Shown: positions 50,066-63,649 of the stretch, piece after piece
Position numbering within the stretch: the stretch's first letter is position 1
How the letters are laid out: each line of letters opens with the position of its first letter
Program-made: the position numbers and the translations under genes
Assembly (NCBI RefSeq): GCF_001194135.2
Contig: NC_068982.1
Coordinates: forward strand, 123,220,977 to 123,284,976
Origin: Octopus bimaculoides
Taxonomy: Eukaryota
DNA length: 64,000 nucleotides
Direction: 5' to 3'
Notes under the pieces: generated by a model
The model's database searches: none
What the model was told of the DNA's origin: nothing
The model's input: only the letters and a program-made list of their open reading frames with translations

Positions 50066-51516
50066 GTAAGTATCTGGAAATATTTATGTGAGCATATTTT
50101 ATGAATATATTCTTTTGATTTTGACATGTGTAAAATCCTTTATAGAAACAAGCCTGTAAATGAAACATCTATTTGAGAGTTGGGTTGAAATAATTATAAA
50201 TATTTACCAAAGCAATGTAATTGAATGGAATAACAATTATTTCTTTCATCAACATGTAGCTTAGATGGAGACAACTGTTTTGGTCTTTGTAATATTTAGG
50301 TGTCTGTAAAGAAGTCACCCTGACGTCAGACATTTTTATGTAGAGAAGAGGAAATGGATAAACAAACTGCTCCAAATTCAAATTCAATTTGAGAGAATGT
50401 CAAATTCAGGAATAAGTTCTATGATGATTAGATCGATGTGTTGTATGAATAGAAATGCAAAAGATGAGACATAATGAAATAATCTAATTATTGTGATAAT
50501 TCATTTCAGAAGATCAGATACATAACTGTTGCATTGCATTTATCAGTCAAATGGTGATGTTAATGGTATTTGACTAACCTCCTCCTTTCAAAATTGCTTG
50601 TCTTTGGTGACAATCAGAAACAATTCTTTTGTTGCACATTAAATCTTTGTAAATACATTACTCTTTGATCAATATGTATATTATTATTTGGAGCGTATAT
50701 TTGTATATGTTTTAGCATTTTATTTTAACAATTTTGTAATTTTAAAACGTTATTTTAGACCGCTTTATAGTTAGACTATTTATAGCACGCAAATTTTTTA
50801 AATGTATTGTTAAAGGGGGATAACTCTAAAGCTACTAAATATAGGGGAGATAATTTATGCAGTTTTGAAAATATTGACATTTCGTTTCGATCATCTTTTT
50901 CCTTTCCTTTCTCTTAATCTTTTTAACTTTCTGGATCAGAGAGAGAAAGAGAAGAAAACGTTTTTTTTTTTATGACTACAAGAAATGTTGATACTGTTGA
51001 ATTCTATTTTAATCATCGTGTAATTTTGTCGAGTCTTTCTAAACTGTGATAAAGAGGCTGCTCTTTTTATGAATGCATGTTGTAATTGTTTTATTATCGA
51101 TACTGGTCTGTGAAAAAAACAAAAACAAAAACAAAATCCTGTTTTATCTGATTGCATACTAAACGGTATGCTACTTTGTACGTCCAATATGTTCTAAATT
51201 AAGCTTTTAGCTATACAGACGATGCTTGCTCTATGTGATTTAGAAAGTATGGAAGCATCTCTTTAACCTAAGTCAGCATAAAATAAATCTTAAACCATGA
51301 TAAATCATTGCTTTTCAAATACTTTTTGTGTTAGAAACCGGGTAGTTTATTAGCAGTAATTGTTTAGTACATATTTTGAGGGGAATTTGGTAAGTTTAAT
51401 TATTATTGAGTAAAAAAAAAAAAAAGCAGGTTGATATAATAGTAATTGTTGTCATTGAAATATATTGTATGAGAATTTATTAAATTCATAAAAAAGTTTT
51501 TTTTTTTTTTGTTTAG

Positions 51517-51628
51517 AAACTTGAAGACCCAATTGAACGTCGAGTAGATTCAACAAGAGTTGATGCTGAAGACCTTGTAGAAGAACTTATAAAAGGAACA
51601 GATCTACGCCTTGATGACAGTGAAGAAC
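51517..51628 (+). CDS. FAM102A: EEIG1/FAM102A-family protein, internal exon
   Basis: Poly-T gtttag|AAA acceptor and GAAC|gtaaga donor. Encodes KLEDPIERRVDSTRVDAEDLVEELIKGTDLRLDDSEE, matching the family C-terminal motif (W/R)VD.TR.DA...V..I. Not in the supplied ORF track. 112 nt, ends in phase 1. Confidence 0.9.
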
Positions 51629-51837
51629 GTAAGATATAGTTTTTCTAACTATTAAAACAATTTATATACCATGTGTTTTTTACATATATTTGATGAGTGG
51701 GATTTACATTTCTTTATTTTTACATATGTTCTTTTTGCTTTTTCTTGGAATTGAGAACAAAGTTGTTGATAAGCCTCTGTCAGTTCTGATGGAGTGGACC
51801 TGATCAAAGGTGTTTCAGCCTGGATCATTCTTTCATT

Positions 51838-51996
51838 TTGTGTATCAGAGATTACATTATCTAATATGACTAAATATTTTTAAGAAAGTAGAGTGTAATG
51901 TGAGGAATATTTGGCTGCTATTTCTTGTATGTTAAGCAGCTATGGTTTTTATAAAGTATGGTGGATATGAATCAGAACTCTTAAACTGTGTTACAT
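51838..51996 (+). repeat. 159-bp direct repeat, copy 2
   Basis: By eye, identical to 48226-48384; offset 3612 bp. Confidence 0.92.
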
Positions 51997-53177
51997 CAGT
52001 TGGTGGTCAATACAAACAAATCTTGTACTTTGCTGTCGACTGTGTTCCTAATTTCACAGAGAGGATTAAGATGATGAAAGTGTTACTGTAGAAGAATATT
52101 TTGCAGAAATATTTGAAAATTTTACTCATGATAAATAAGTTGAAGTATTTTTATAAATAACAAGGAAGCTTAAAGATTTTGTATTTCTTAAGTTTGAAAA
52201 CTTGGATGACTGTGTTAGATCCTCTTTCAATTAAATGGATGGAAATTAAAACAAACTAAAGCAAATTCAGTAATAAGCCTTAAGTTTACATTAAATTTGA
52301 AACTATCCCACAGAAAATAATTAAATTTTCTTGAAGTCTTCTAGAATTTTGGTGAAGCATGCATAAAATTTTTTTTTTTCTCCTTTTGGTCTCCTAAGCA
52401 ATCTGAAATTGTGAAAATGGGTTTTTTTATGCTGAATACACTCAAGAGAAAAGGAAAAGAAAATTATATTTAATTTGTAATATCTATCCAAATATTAGAG
52501 CAATTTGAGAGTTGTCTCCCCTAGTATACTAAAATTCCTTCACCGAAAACGTTTTTAAAAAGGAATAATCGAGTACGACCTTTCCTGGTGTAGAAAGCAG
52601 TTGTTAAAAAGTGATGATCTTTGTGACAGTATTTCACCTGATCCTTGAGAATGTAATGAGATAGTTTCATAATATATTAAACCTTCAGTATGTTACGCTA
52701 TTCTTAAAAGTGGCTACAGTTTTTGTTTCTACACTTGAAAACTACCTCATATTTAATGATCCTTGATACTCATGTCATTCTAGCATATGGGGTCCTCTGC
52801 GGTCAAGATTGAACATATGCAAGCATGTACAGGCCTGTGTGAGATTTTGTTGGGGGAAAAACTGGCAGTTGACCATGCATGCCAGTCTCCCCTCTACACA
52901 TTTCTGACACTCACCCAAAGGAAAGGCCACCAACTTGGGTTGTTGCTGCTTGGCATTACCATTGGCATCACAGGTGTTGCTGTCAGATTTTCCTCCATCC
53001 TATAACAGTTCTGCCAATCCACTGCCCTGTGCTGATACCTTATTATTATCTACTTTGAAAGGATGAAATTCATCTTGATAGTATTTAAGCATGGAGAGCT
53101 GGAACTAATACTATGAGGACTTCTGACCAATGCTCTGACAACTCTATCAATTCACCATCTTACTTACACACAGTGTA

Positions 53178-53221
<44 letters not shown>

Positions 53222-53850
53222 ATCATCAGAGCTCTTAACTCCAAACACTACCCTGAAATTCTACATACAGGGGAACCTCTATGTGTTTACTCAACATACT
53301 AGAAATATTAACTAAATGTTTTCAAATCGCACCATATTAAAAGAAGGAAGGCCATATTAGATATCAAAGCTATAGACTCTTCTAAAGAAGACATAATAAT
53401 GACAGCTGAAATTCTTTTCATCATAAGTGACCTGCATCAAAGTTGACCTGTGGCTAAATAGCAGCAGAGATGTACAGAATTAGACTGGACAGTGGGACAA
53501 TAACCTCCTTTTCTAGACTGCAACATTGCACTGCCACTGCATGTTAGCATGTGCAGTGTAGTCCTTAACCAGGAGAAAGAATGATACACCTGGTGCTCTG
53601 AATGTGTGATATGATTAACTTCATGATTTGGTTTGATTAACTTCATGCTGCAGGTCTTCTTGTTGACACAACCTTGGACTATATAGCAACAAGCTTATTA
53701 TATTTGGTAAAGTTTTCATGGAGAAATATGAAGCTTAATTCACACAGTATGTATTCATAGTTTAAAACACTGGTTAAATTTTTATATCAATATCTTTTCC
53801 ATCAACTGCTATTGAACCTGTACTAATATGTAATATTTCTCTCTTTTCAG

Positions 53851-53903
53851 GATCTGGGCTTCAATTGTTTATCGATACAGATGGAAAGACTGCCTTGCGT
53901 TGA
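53851..53903 (+). CDS. FAM102A: EEIG1/FAM102A-family protein, last coding exon
   Basis: Acceptor atttctctcttttcag|GA. C+GA=Arg, then SGLQLFIDTDGKTALR and TGA at 53901-53903. Matches the family motif S.L.LF(V/I)..DG..(T/A)L. Confidence 0.88.
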
Positions 53904-54646
53904 AAATGATGATGGTGATTTTGCATCGATACGATCCAATTGCCTTCTTGGGGATTTGTAAATGGGTCTCTTTTGGTGGGAATATTGGGATTTCTGCAGC
54001 AGTTGCTTCCTGGTTGTCTTTTGATATTTAAACCTACCACCACAATGCTGGTCATGTGGAGAAAACCTTTCTGTTCTTCAAAACTTCTGAACTATTGTCC
54101 TACCTTTAGGCTTTGCCTGTCAGTCTATCTATCAATTTGTTTCCAATGCAAATTTTTTTTTTGTCTGTAAAATTTCAAACACAGATAAATGTGGTAGAAA
54201 GTTTAAAATAATCCCTTTGTAGAGACAACTAGATTTCCCATGGCTACTCTGGAAAGTAAAAATAGACTATGAAAATTTAAATTTGGTCTACTTTATCTTC
54301 TCTATCTATTCCCTCCTCTTTCTGTCTCCTGTATATCTGTTTCTTACTGTCTTTTTCTATCCATACTCTCTTTGTCTCTCTAGCCTGATCAATCTTTTCC
54401 TTTCATTCCCTTTCCATATATCTCCCTATCACCCTCAGTATCTATATATTCTGCTCTGTAGTTATATTTCTCTCTCATTATATATCCCCCTTCACTCTCT
54501 ATCTTTCTGCCTGTTCATCTACTTATCTATTCAGCCATCTATCTGTTCATCTATCAGTTAATCTATCCCTATTAATTTTGTCTAAATCTCTTCATTTATA
54601 TATTCACCTGTAGCCATCTCTCAATCCATCTACATGAGTGTGCGCA

Positions 54647-54677
<31 letters not shown>

Positions 54678-55694
54678 CTTACAGTACTTTAAAGCTGTAT
54701 GTCTTATTAGATTGCTGAAATATCACTCCACCTTTTATTTTTTGACATAGAATAACTCTCAACTTTAGATGTTATAGTGCCTATACTTCTTTTTCTTCAC
54801 ATCACCTACCATCACATTCGGAATGGTTAGCTGCTCAATCCCATGTAATTTCAGTGAAAACTTACATGCAAACCATTCTCATGGGAAGTCTGTTATCTGC
54901 TTTTCTCTCTTTCATATAATCTTTGTCATAACTCTACCTCCAATCTTATGAAATGCATTGGTACTTTTATTATAAAATTTCCTTTCAATAGAATACTTGA
55001 TAAAGAAGAAAAAAACCCAATATGCAAGAAAAACAAAAGAGAGTATACTGATTTATTTACAATTGTGTATATATGTTTTTTTAAAAATCTTTTTTAACAT
55101 TTTTCTTTATAAACCCCATTACTTATTTGATATTATTTAAGGGATACTGTGGAAACAGACAAATGTTTTGAGGCATATCTATGCCTATAATGAAGGTCTT
55201 GTCATAAGATCTGTTTTTCCATTTATTTTTTTCCTTTTTATTTTTTAAACTTGAAAAAAAAATTTTTTATTTTGGTACAGTAGCTGTAGATATTAGAAGT
55301 ACTAGACTGAGGTATTTAAAGACCTTTACTCCATACCAGTTTTCTTACATGCTGTGTATCATCACTGATGTTGGATTAATCTTGTGGTAGTAATTGAACT
55401 TATCAATTCTGAGTTTTAAAAAAAAAATAATAATTTTATCTTTTTATTTTCTCAAATTTAAATATCTCGGCTCGAAATCATATGTTAGAACAACAATAGC
55501 CTCCTAACCTGTGATTTACAGAAAAAAAAAAAAAGAAATGTTTTATTTTAATAAAAAGCAATCAGTTACTACATTGTGCAGAATCGGTTTGCATTCCAAG
55601 GAAGCTTTTTATCAAAATGAATGAAAATTTGGAAATATATTTTTTCTAATCTTAAATTTGCATATCATTTGCTTTATTCTTTTTAGTTTTCTTT

Positions 55695-55755
<61 letters not shown>

Positions 55756-56043
55756 TTGTCTGCGTATATATATGTACACATCTATCTGTCAATAATGGCA
55801 CAGACACACACATACTCGTATGTATTGATGTGTGTATATATGTACATCTGTCTATATATGTATGCATCTATGTGTATATATTTATATAATGTACATATAT
55901 GCATCTATTTGTGTATATATATATATATAATGTACATATATGAATCTGTGTATATATATATATATATATATATAATGTATATATATATATAATGTATATA
56001 TGTGCATCTGTGTGTATATATATAATGTATATATATATATATT

Positions 56044-56074
<31 letters not shown>

Positions 56075-56467
56075 ATGTGTATGCATATATATGTGTGTAT
56101 ATACACACATACATAAACATTAAATTGTATTATAGTTAAGATTTTTTGTAAATTGGAACTGATTTTGAAGGTGAATTTGTGAAAATCGTGTGGAATCAAA
56201 TATAAGTGTGTGCATATGGATGTTGAGTGTGTGTGTGTGTGTACAACTTTTATTCAGTCAACAAAATAATAATTGAACTAAGAGACATAACTTTTGTTGT
56301 TATGCTGAAATTTTGAAAAGTTTTCAATATTTTAATTGTGCCACAAATCGATTGAACTTAGGTTTGGGTGTCATCCATTTCTGCTTCCAGCTTCTTAAGA
56401 CATCTATTTATATTTATCTCTGTGTGGATATGTGTGTAAATGTGTTTCTCATGTTAATGAGTATATG

Positions 56468-56512
56468 CCTGATCCATGCCAGCATGGAAAACGGACGTTA
56501 AATGATGATGAT
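56468..56512 (+). mobile_element. Extreme RTE 3' tail
   Basis: CCATGCCAGCATGGAAAACGGACGTTAAATGATGATGATG. Confidence 0.7.
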
Positions 56513-56536
56513 GTATATCTTTATTTATGTTTATTA

Positions 56537-56577
<41 letters not shown>

Positions 56578-57236
56578 NNNNNNNNNNNNNNNNNNNNNNN
56601 NNNNNNNNNNNNNNNNNNNNNNNNNNNNNNNNNNNNNNNNNNNNNNNNNNNNNNNNNNNNNNNNNNNNNNNNNNNNNNNNNNNNNNNNNNNNNNNNNNNN
56701 NNNNNNNNNNNNNNNNNNNNNNNNNNNNNNNNNNNNNNNNNNNNNNNNNNNNNNNNNNNNNNNNNNNNNNNNNNNNNNNNNNNNNNNNNNNNNNNNNNNN
56801 NNNNNNNNNNNNNNNNNNNNNNNNNNNNNNNNNNNNNNNNNNNNNNNNNNNNNNNNNNNNNNNNNNNNNNNNNNNNNNNNNNNNNNNNNNNNNNNNNNNN
56901 NNNNNNNNNNNNNNNNNNNNNNNNNNNNNNNNNNNNNNNNNNNNNNNNNNNNNNNNNNNNNNNNNNNNNNNNNNNNNNNNNNNNNNNNNNNNNNNNNNNN
57001 NNNNNNNNNNNNNNNNNNNNNNNNNNNNNNNNNNNNNNNNNNNNNNNNNNNNNNNNNNNNNNNNNNNNNNNNNNNNNNNNNNNNNNNNNNNNNNNNNNNN
57101 NNNNNNNNNNNNNNNNNNNNNNNNNNNNNNNNNNNNNNNNNNNNNNNNNNNNNNNNNNNNNNNNNNNNNNNNNNNNNNNNNNNNNNNNNNNNNNNNNNNN
57201 NNNNNNNNNNNNNNNNNNNNNNNNNNNNNNNNNNNN
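56578..57236. other. Assembly gap (largest of eight)
   Basis: N runs also at about 6341-6640, 25070-25079, 38198-38207, 40687-40898, 41115-41124, 41985-42318 and 62948-63123, mostly inside microsatellites. Confidence 0.99.
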
Positions 57237-58790
57237 ATATATATATATATATAAGGCAAATAAGAAAATGGAAAGGATATAAAAATCAACAAACATCAGC
57301 CAGTAAACATTCCATTATATCTATTTATTAAATGATAACAAACATGTGTTTAAGTGGTACAAGTACTACGCATGGGAGTATTGGGATTAGTTTTTGGCCA
57401 ATAAGTTACAAATATTAACACCGCACTAAAGTTTTACCCAGTTTTTCTTTCATTAATGTACTTGTGTATTAATTTTCCCCAAACAGGTTCGATTTAAGTT
57501 ATTTCAGCCAACTCCTTTAATATTGCTGTATCCATTAAATAGCGTTTAGCCTCTAACCTCTGACCCCTGTAGCATGGACCATACCATTAAACTTACCACA
57601 AAGCATACTACCTTCACTATTTCTCTCAGTATAATAGAAATACAATGTAAACCGTAGTCTGCAGATATATCTCCTGAGAGTGTCTTTTTTTTACTTACCA
57701 CACAATGGAATACTATGGATTATAATAACACCTTAAAATGAAGTTCTTACTTTTCCTTACTATGTCTATTACATTACATTATTTTTTATTTTGACCTATT
57801 TTAGTCTATCTTATTTACCCTACTCTATTATTCTAACTGAATTACCCACCTGTTAGTTTCCTAACATTTGTACTCTCTGAAGAAGCCTTGAGGCTCAACT
57901 ACTACCCAATCTCTGTCCAATGTTTATTCATCCCTGTATATCACTGATGCGATGAGGATGACTTGGAAGATTCTGAGGCCTCATGGTAGAAACGGCCATA
58001 AATGATTTGTATCTGTATACTCATCTATTATTATTCATTCATCTCTCTCTATATATATCCGTTTACGTATTTATTGGCTGATCTCATTCGTTTACTTGTA
58101 CCACTTAACCACTTGTTTGTTATCATTTAATAAGTAGATATAATGGAGTGTTTACAGGCTGATGTTTGTCAATTTTATATCCTCTCCATTTTCTTATTTG
58201 CCTCATAAATCCTGGGAAAATTTCCAATTTACCCCCACCCATACCTAGTATTCAATTGCGATATTGCCAAGCAATAGTAAGCACTTGGTTAAAAATACGT
58301 AGCTACACATCCAGTAGCACACTGGATATTTAATATCCCTTAGATGGTTTATTAACCTCTAACTCATACAGACACATATATATATATGTATGTGTGTGTG
58401 TGTGTGTGTATGTTTTGAAGTTTTATGGACAGAAGTGCACATAAAGTGCATGTACTGGTCTAAGAATGTGTGCACAAGGGCTACAAATCTGTTACGCTAT
58501 TTTAAGTATTCAAGCCAGTTTTTGTCATACTGACTGAATAAACCTCACAACTAAATACCTTCAGTAACTATATAAAAAGGAAACGAAATATGAAAATAAT
58601 CTTTGAAAGTTGATTTCTGGTTTAGTTTAATTTGTTCTGTTCTTGTTAATTCAATTCGATTTTTTTTTTTTTTTTAATGAAGAACCTATATTTTTTAGAC
58701 ATAAGGATATGTAACTGACACTTAAAGTGAGAGAAAAGGAGAATTAAATGACATTGTTTTGGTTATATAAGCTTGTCCTTATAGAAATTG

Positions 58791-58866
58791 TTGTAATATT
58801 TATCATATTGGAAAATATTGATGGGGAAAATTGTAATATTTCTGATATTGGAAAATATCGATGGGG
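58791..58866. repeat. 40-bp tandem duplication
   Basis: TTGTAATATTTATCATATTGGAAAATATTGATGGGG versus TTGTAATATTTCTGATATTGGAAAATATCGATGGGG. Confidence 0.85.
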
Positions 58867-59358
58867 AGCCTGGTACCATTAATTTAGTTATTCAGAAAAT
58901 AAAATATAAAAAGTGAATCAAATTTTTATTCATTAAAAAAAAATTACGTTGATATGATTGCAACTGCACTAAATTAAAGGTGGTATTTGGTTCTGAAATC
59001 TGATTGTTGTAAGCTCTATGGATGAAGGATGATATTTGTCAGTTGCTAACTTATGATGATAGAACATTTCTGGGGGTTTTTTTCCTCTCTAATGGGAAAT
59101 TAATAATGTTAATAGAGAAATGATAATATTAAAAATAATGCAAAATCTTGCGTGAATCTTAGAATTCTCCCACTAAATACATAGCTAAGAGATATGTGTA
59201 TACATATACATATAGATACAAATACATGTATGTATTTGTTATATATGTTTTATATATGTGTGTGTATGTACACACATGCACGTTTTTGTGTGTGTGTGTC
59301 GGTGTACACACACACACACGCACACATATAAATATATGTATACATAGACACAAGTGCA

Positions 59359-59411
<53 letters not shown>

Positions 59412-60169
59412 TTATATATGCTTAATATATTGTATATGTATGTATCTGTACATACACACACACACACACACACACTCAGTGTCAGCTGAGATAGTGTACA
59501 AAGTTTTAAGCTATGTTTTATTATGAAATTCATTTTAATATAACGAAGTATATGGAAGATTAAAATGTTTCTAAAACTGGTCGGGTGAGGAAATTGCATA
59601 TTTTTCTATTTTATAAGTTTTGATTCAGTGGTTAGTGACTTCTGTTATTGCTGATCTTCTTTTTCCTCTTCCTTTGTTATATATACATACACCCACCGCA
59701 CATACACCTATGTTGTTTTTGAACTGCTGCATGGTAAAAGTTGTTCTTTTTTTTTTTAATCTTGATGAGTTACTGTAATGATTGAATTATCAACAAATTT
59801 TCCTTCAAATCCCCCCATGTTCAAAGAATATAAATTATGAGATGTATATATTATATCGTAAGAATGTTAATTTTAACCCTGTAGTTGCAGTGTATGAAGT
59901 GTGTATGTATATTTATGTATATTATTTGTACATGTGTAAAATACATACTCATGTATGTGTATTATTTTCATATAGGTAGCTTTGAGAGTGTGTGTGTGTG
60001 TGTAAATGAAATGAATGTGGCATAAAGAGAAATCTAGTTACAGTGAAAAGATAAAATACCTGAAGCAAGTGTTGACTGAACCTTCTAATCCCTACAACAG
60101 GCTAGAAATTGGTTCTCTCTTTCACGTCATACGTGGTTAATGTAGAACATTAAGTTTCTATTATGTGTA

Positions 60170-60630
60170 TACAAGGCAGCAAGATGGCAGAATCATTAGC
60201 CGACCAAACGAAATACTTAGCAATATTTCTTCCAGCTTTCTTCAGGGCAGCAAGCTGGCAGAACCATTAACATGCTGGGCAAAATGCTTAGTGGCATTTC
60301 GTCCATTTTTACATTCTGAGTTGAAATTCTGCCAAGGTCGACTTTACCTTTCATCCCTTTGAGATTGATAAAACAAGTACCAGTTGAGCACTGGGGTCGA
60401 TGTATTTGACTTATCCCCTACCTTGAAATTGTTGGCCTTGTGCCGAAATTTAAAACTAAAACTTCTTCCAGCTTTACATTCTGTGTTCAAATACGAATGG
60501 GGTTGACTTGGTCTTTCATCCTTACAGAGTTGATAAAAGTTAGTATCAGTTGAACACTGGGTTCAATGCAACAGGCTTATCTCTTCCCCCTAAAACTGCT
60601 GGCCTTGTGACAAATATTTGAAACAATAAG
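60170..60630 (+). mobile_element. Tandem SINE copies with CCTTTCATCC..GATAAAA.AAGTACCAG central domain (MetaSINE/Nin-like)
   Basis: Repeated heads (AGCTGGCAGAACCATTA) and two central domains at about 60345 and 60510. The superfamily name is recalled, not searched. Confidence 0.65.
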
Positions 60631-62139
60631 TAAGTAATCTTTATGTATAACAAATCACCACTTTTACTCTAAGTTTTATTTTCTCTAAGGTTATTAAGGG
60701 CACTATGTGAAACTTCATATATCATGTAGTGTATATAGAGTATATCCCATTTGAGATGCCATTCATGGGAAAATTTCAAAGTGGTACTACAAACTCACAC
60801 ATGTCACTTATATTGTGGTGAACAATACTCTCCATTAACACTTGTTTTCAGTGATGTGAACTGGACTAATACAAGCTGTTTTATCACTAACTATGATTGT
60901 TAAACTTGTTTGCATGTGAGTATAATATGTGAATGTAGTATATTAGACGAGTGAGTATGAAAGAGAGAGAGACATAGTGTATGAGAGATTTTGTAATAGT
61001 TCGACATTCTTCAGTTTAGTCCAAAGCCTATATATTTTAAATTGTTTATAAGAAATAACTGACTAGTAAGTCTAATATTACAAGAAATGTTAACTAGCAA
61101 TGAACTAATGTAATTTTATAAGCAATATGAATATATTAATTAATTTACCTATAATAATTAAAATAATAGGGGCAGTATTTAAGTAGAATAGCCATTTATG
61201 TATCCTTCATAATGTACAAACACTAACCATAAGTATTATCTTAGAACAAATACTGCAGTAACTGGCCTATTGACAGTGTATTCCTTAAGTATGATATATA
61301 GATAGTTATTTTAATGTTAATAATAATGTTTTAACAAATGGATACCAAGTAAATATTTTCAGCTGATACTAATTTCTAATCACCTACCGCAAACAATCTG
61401 TTGGCTCTAAGTTTCAGTTTGTGCGACATTGGGACCACATTTGTCTTTTCTCATTGTTAGATCAATGGGTTATTTTAGAGATAGAATCTTTTTACTGAGA
61501 AATATACAAAGTATCCATTTGCTCGCTCAGTTACTCATATGCACTTATGTGCATGTGTGTGTAAGCATATACTTATGCACATGTGTATAAGCATATGTGC
61601 ATACAAATGCATGTTAATTATTACCATTAATCAGGACAATTAGATTGTTTTAGCCATGGCTGCTATAAAGGCTATGTCGGAGCAAACACCTCTTATAGTT
61701 TGTTTTTATATATATTGTTTGTTTGTGTGTGTATCTGTATTCACTTTTAAAATGGTGATGGTTATTTGTTTTCCACTGTTTGTTGTTGTTTTAATATCTT
61801 ACACCCTCATATCTTTTAAACTCCAAACTCTATAAAAGAAAACTAATAAATAATGTTATAATTTGCAAATTGTTGTTGATTTCTGTTTAATCATTCATAT
61901 CACAAGTCTTACAGCTAAGCCAAAATAGATGAAAATTAAAGTTACATTTGCCAATGAAAGAAAAGTAAAATTAATAATTGTTATTTAAATCATGAAACCT
62001 AGCCAAAACTGTTAACCATTACTATTAATCAGAACAATTAATCTCCCTTGTTAATTGTTGCAGTTTTAACCCAGCATTGCTTTTGTGTATTCCACATTTC
62101 ATTTCTTATAATGAGCATATTATTATTATTATTATTATT

Positions 62140-62830
62140 ACTAGGGTAGTAGATTGGCAGAGTCATTAGAGTATCTGACAAAATGTCTTGCTGTATTTAT
62201 TTGTTCCTACTCTTTAGATTCTGAGCTCAAATTCTCCCAAGATCAACTTTGCCTTTCATCCTTCTGGAGTTGATAAACTACAATACCAGTCAAGTCCTAG
62301 GACATAATTGACTGTGCTCTCCTCCCCCACAAATTTTTGGCCTTATGTCTATGTTAGAAACAATTATTTTTACTGGGGCAGTAGATGGGCAGAACCATTA
62401 AAATGTGGAACAAAATGTTTTGCAGTATTTAAGCTCTTTACATCCTGAGTTCAAATCCTGTTGAGGCCAGCTTTCATTCTTCTGTGTTCCACAAAATAAA
62501 GTCTAGTATGGTGTGCTGTTATAACAGACTGACCCCCTTCTCACAAATTTCTGACCTCCTGCCCATATCAAAATAATGTTATTACTATTATCACCAGGAA
62601 AGTGGTGTAGCAGAAATAGTACAGCAGTAGATTAAAGCCTTTACAGTATTTAATCTTGGTTTTTCAATGATCAGAATATGAATTTTACTGGTGTCAACAT
62701 TGCATTTCATGCTGATTGCCAAAGTTAGTAAAATATGTACTGATCAGATAAAATATTAATTGAATTCATCTAATTACATCTCCCCTCTGCCTCTCTATAA
62801 AACTGAGGCCTTGTGCCAATGTAATAACTC
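62140..62830 (+). mobile_element. Three head-to-tail degenerate copies of the same SINE
   Basis: Units begin near 62145, 62378 and 62600. Each has a TTC(T/A)AAT..GCCTTTCAT-like block and ends near GGCCTTGTG. Confidence 0.6.
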
Positions 62831-63649
62831 ATTTATTATTTTTTTCTTTTACTTGCTTGCTTTTATCATTTTGCTAATTGCTAAACAATATATTGCTAAC
62901 AAAAGAAGAAAAAAGCTGTATTAAATATATACATATATATATATATANNNNNNNNNNNNNNNNNNNNNNNNNNNNNNNNNNNNNNNNNNNNNNNNNNNNN
63001 NNNNNNNNNNNNNNNNNNNNNNNNNNNNNNNNNNNNNNNNNNNNNNNNNNNNNNNNNNNNNNNNNNNNNNNNNNNNNNNNNNNNNNNNNNNNNNNNNNNN
63101 NNNNNNNNNNNNNNNNNNNNNNNTTTTTTTTTTTTTTTTTTTTGGTTTCTTGAAAAAATTTATTAAAGAAAAATTTAATTGAAAATTGGTGGATATTTAA
63201 AAATTAATACGAAAATAAATGAGTAAGTAGGAGAAGCAAGTGATAGTTGGGTATCATTTACTCTACTTATTAGCATGCTAACCATCCTCATCTCCAATGA
63301 ATACTTGTAATGAAGATGTTAATTATCTCTAATTACCAATCTAATTTTGCCCACATATGCTGACATTATATACTTATTGGATAATAATTATAATTTATTT
63401 GCTAAAAATAATTTGCAAATTATTCCTTCATTTTTGCCAAAAGCAAAGAAAAAAAGTGAAAAAAAAAAAATTGAAGAGAGGATCAGAATATTTTTTAATA
63501 AAAGTCATGTATTTATTTTGTGACATTTTTTTTTTTTTTAATGTAATTTTCTACCATGGAAGTACGTAAGCAATGATTTCGGACATGGAGCTCTGGTTCA
63601 TATCAGTGAGATCCATGAATGATGGTTTCTGTCTACCATGGAAATGTGT

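Noticed and set aside
55550-55555. AATAAA as the gene's polyadenylation signal
   Set aside because: One of many such hexamers in AT-rich DNA; cannot be assigned without transcript data.
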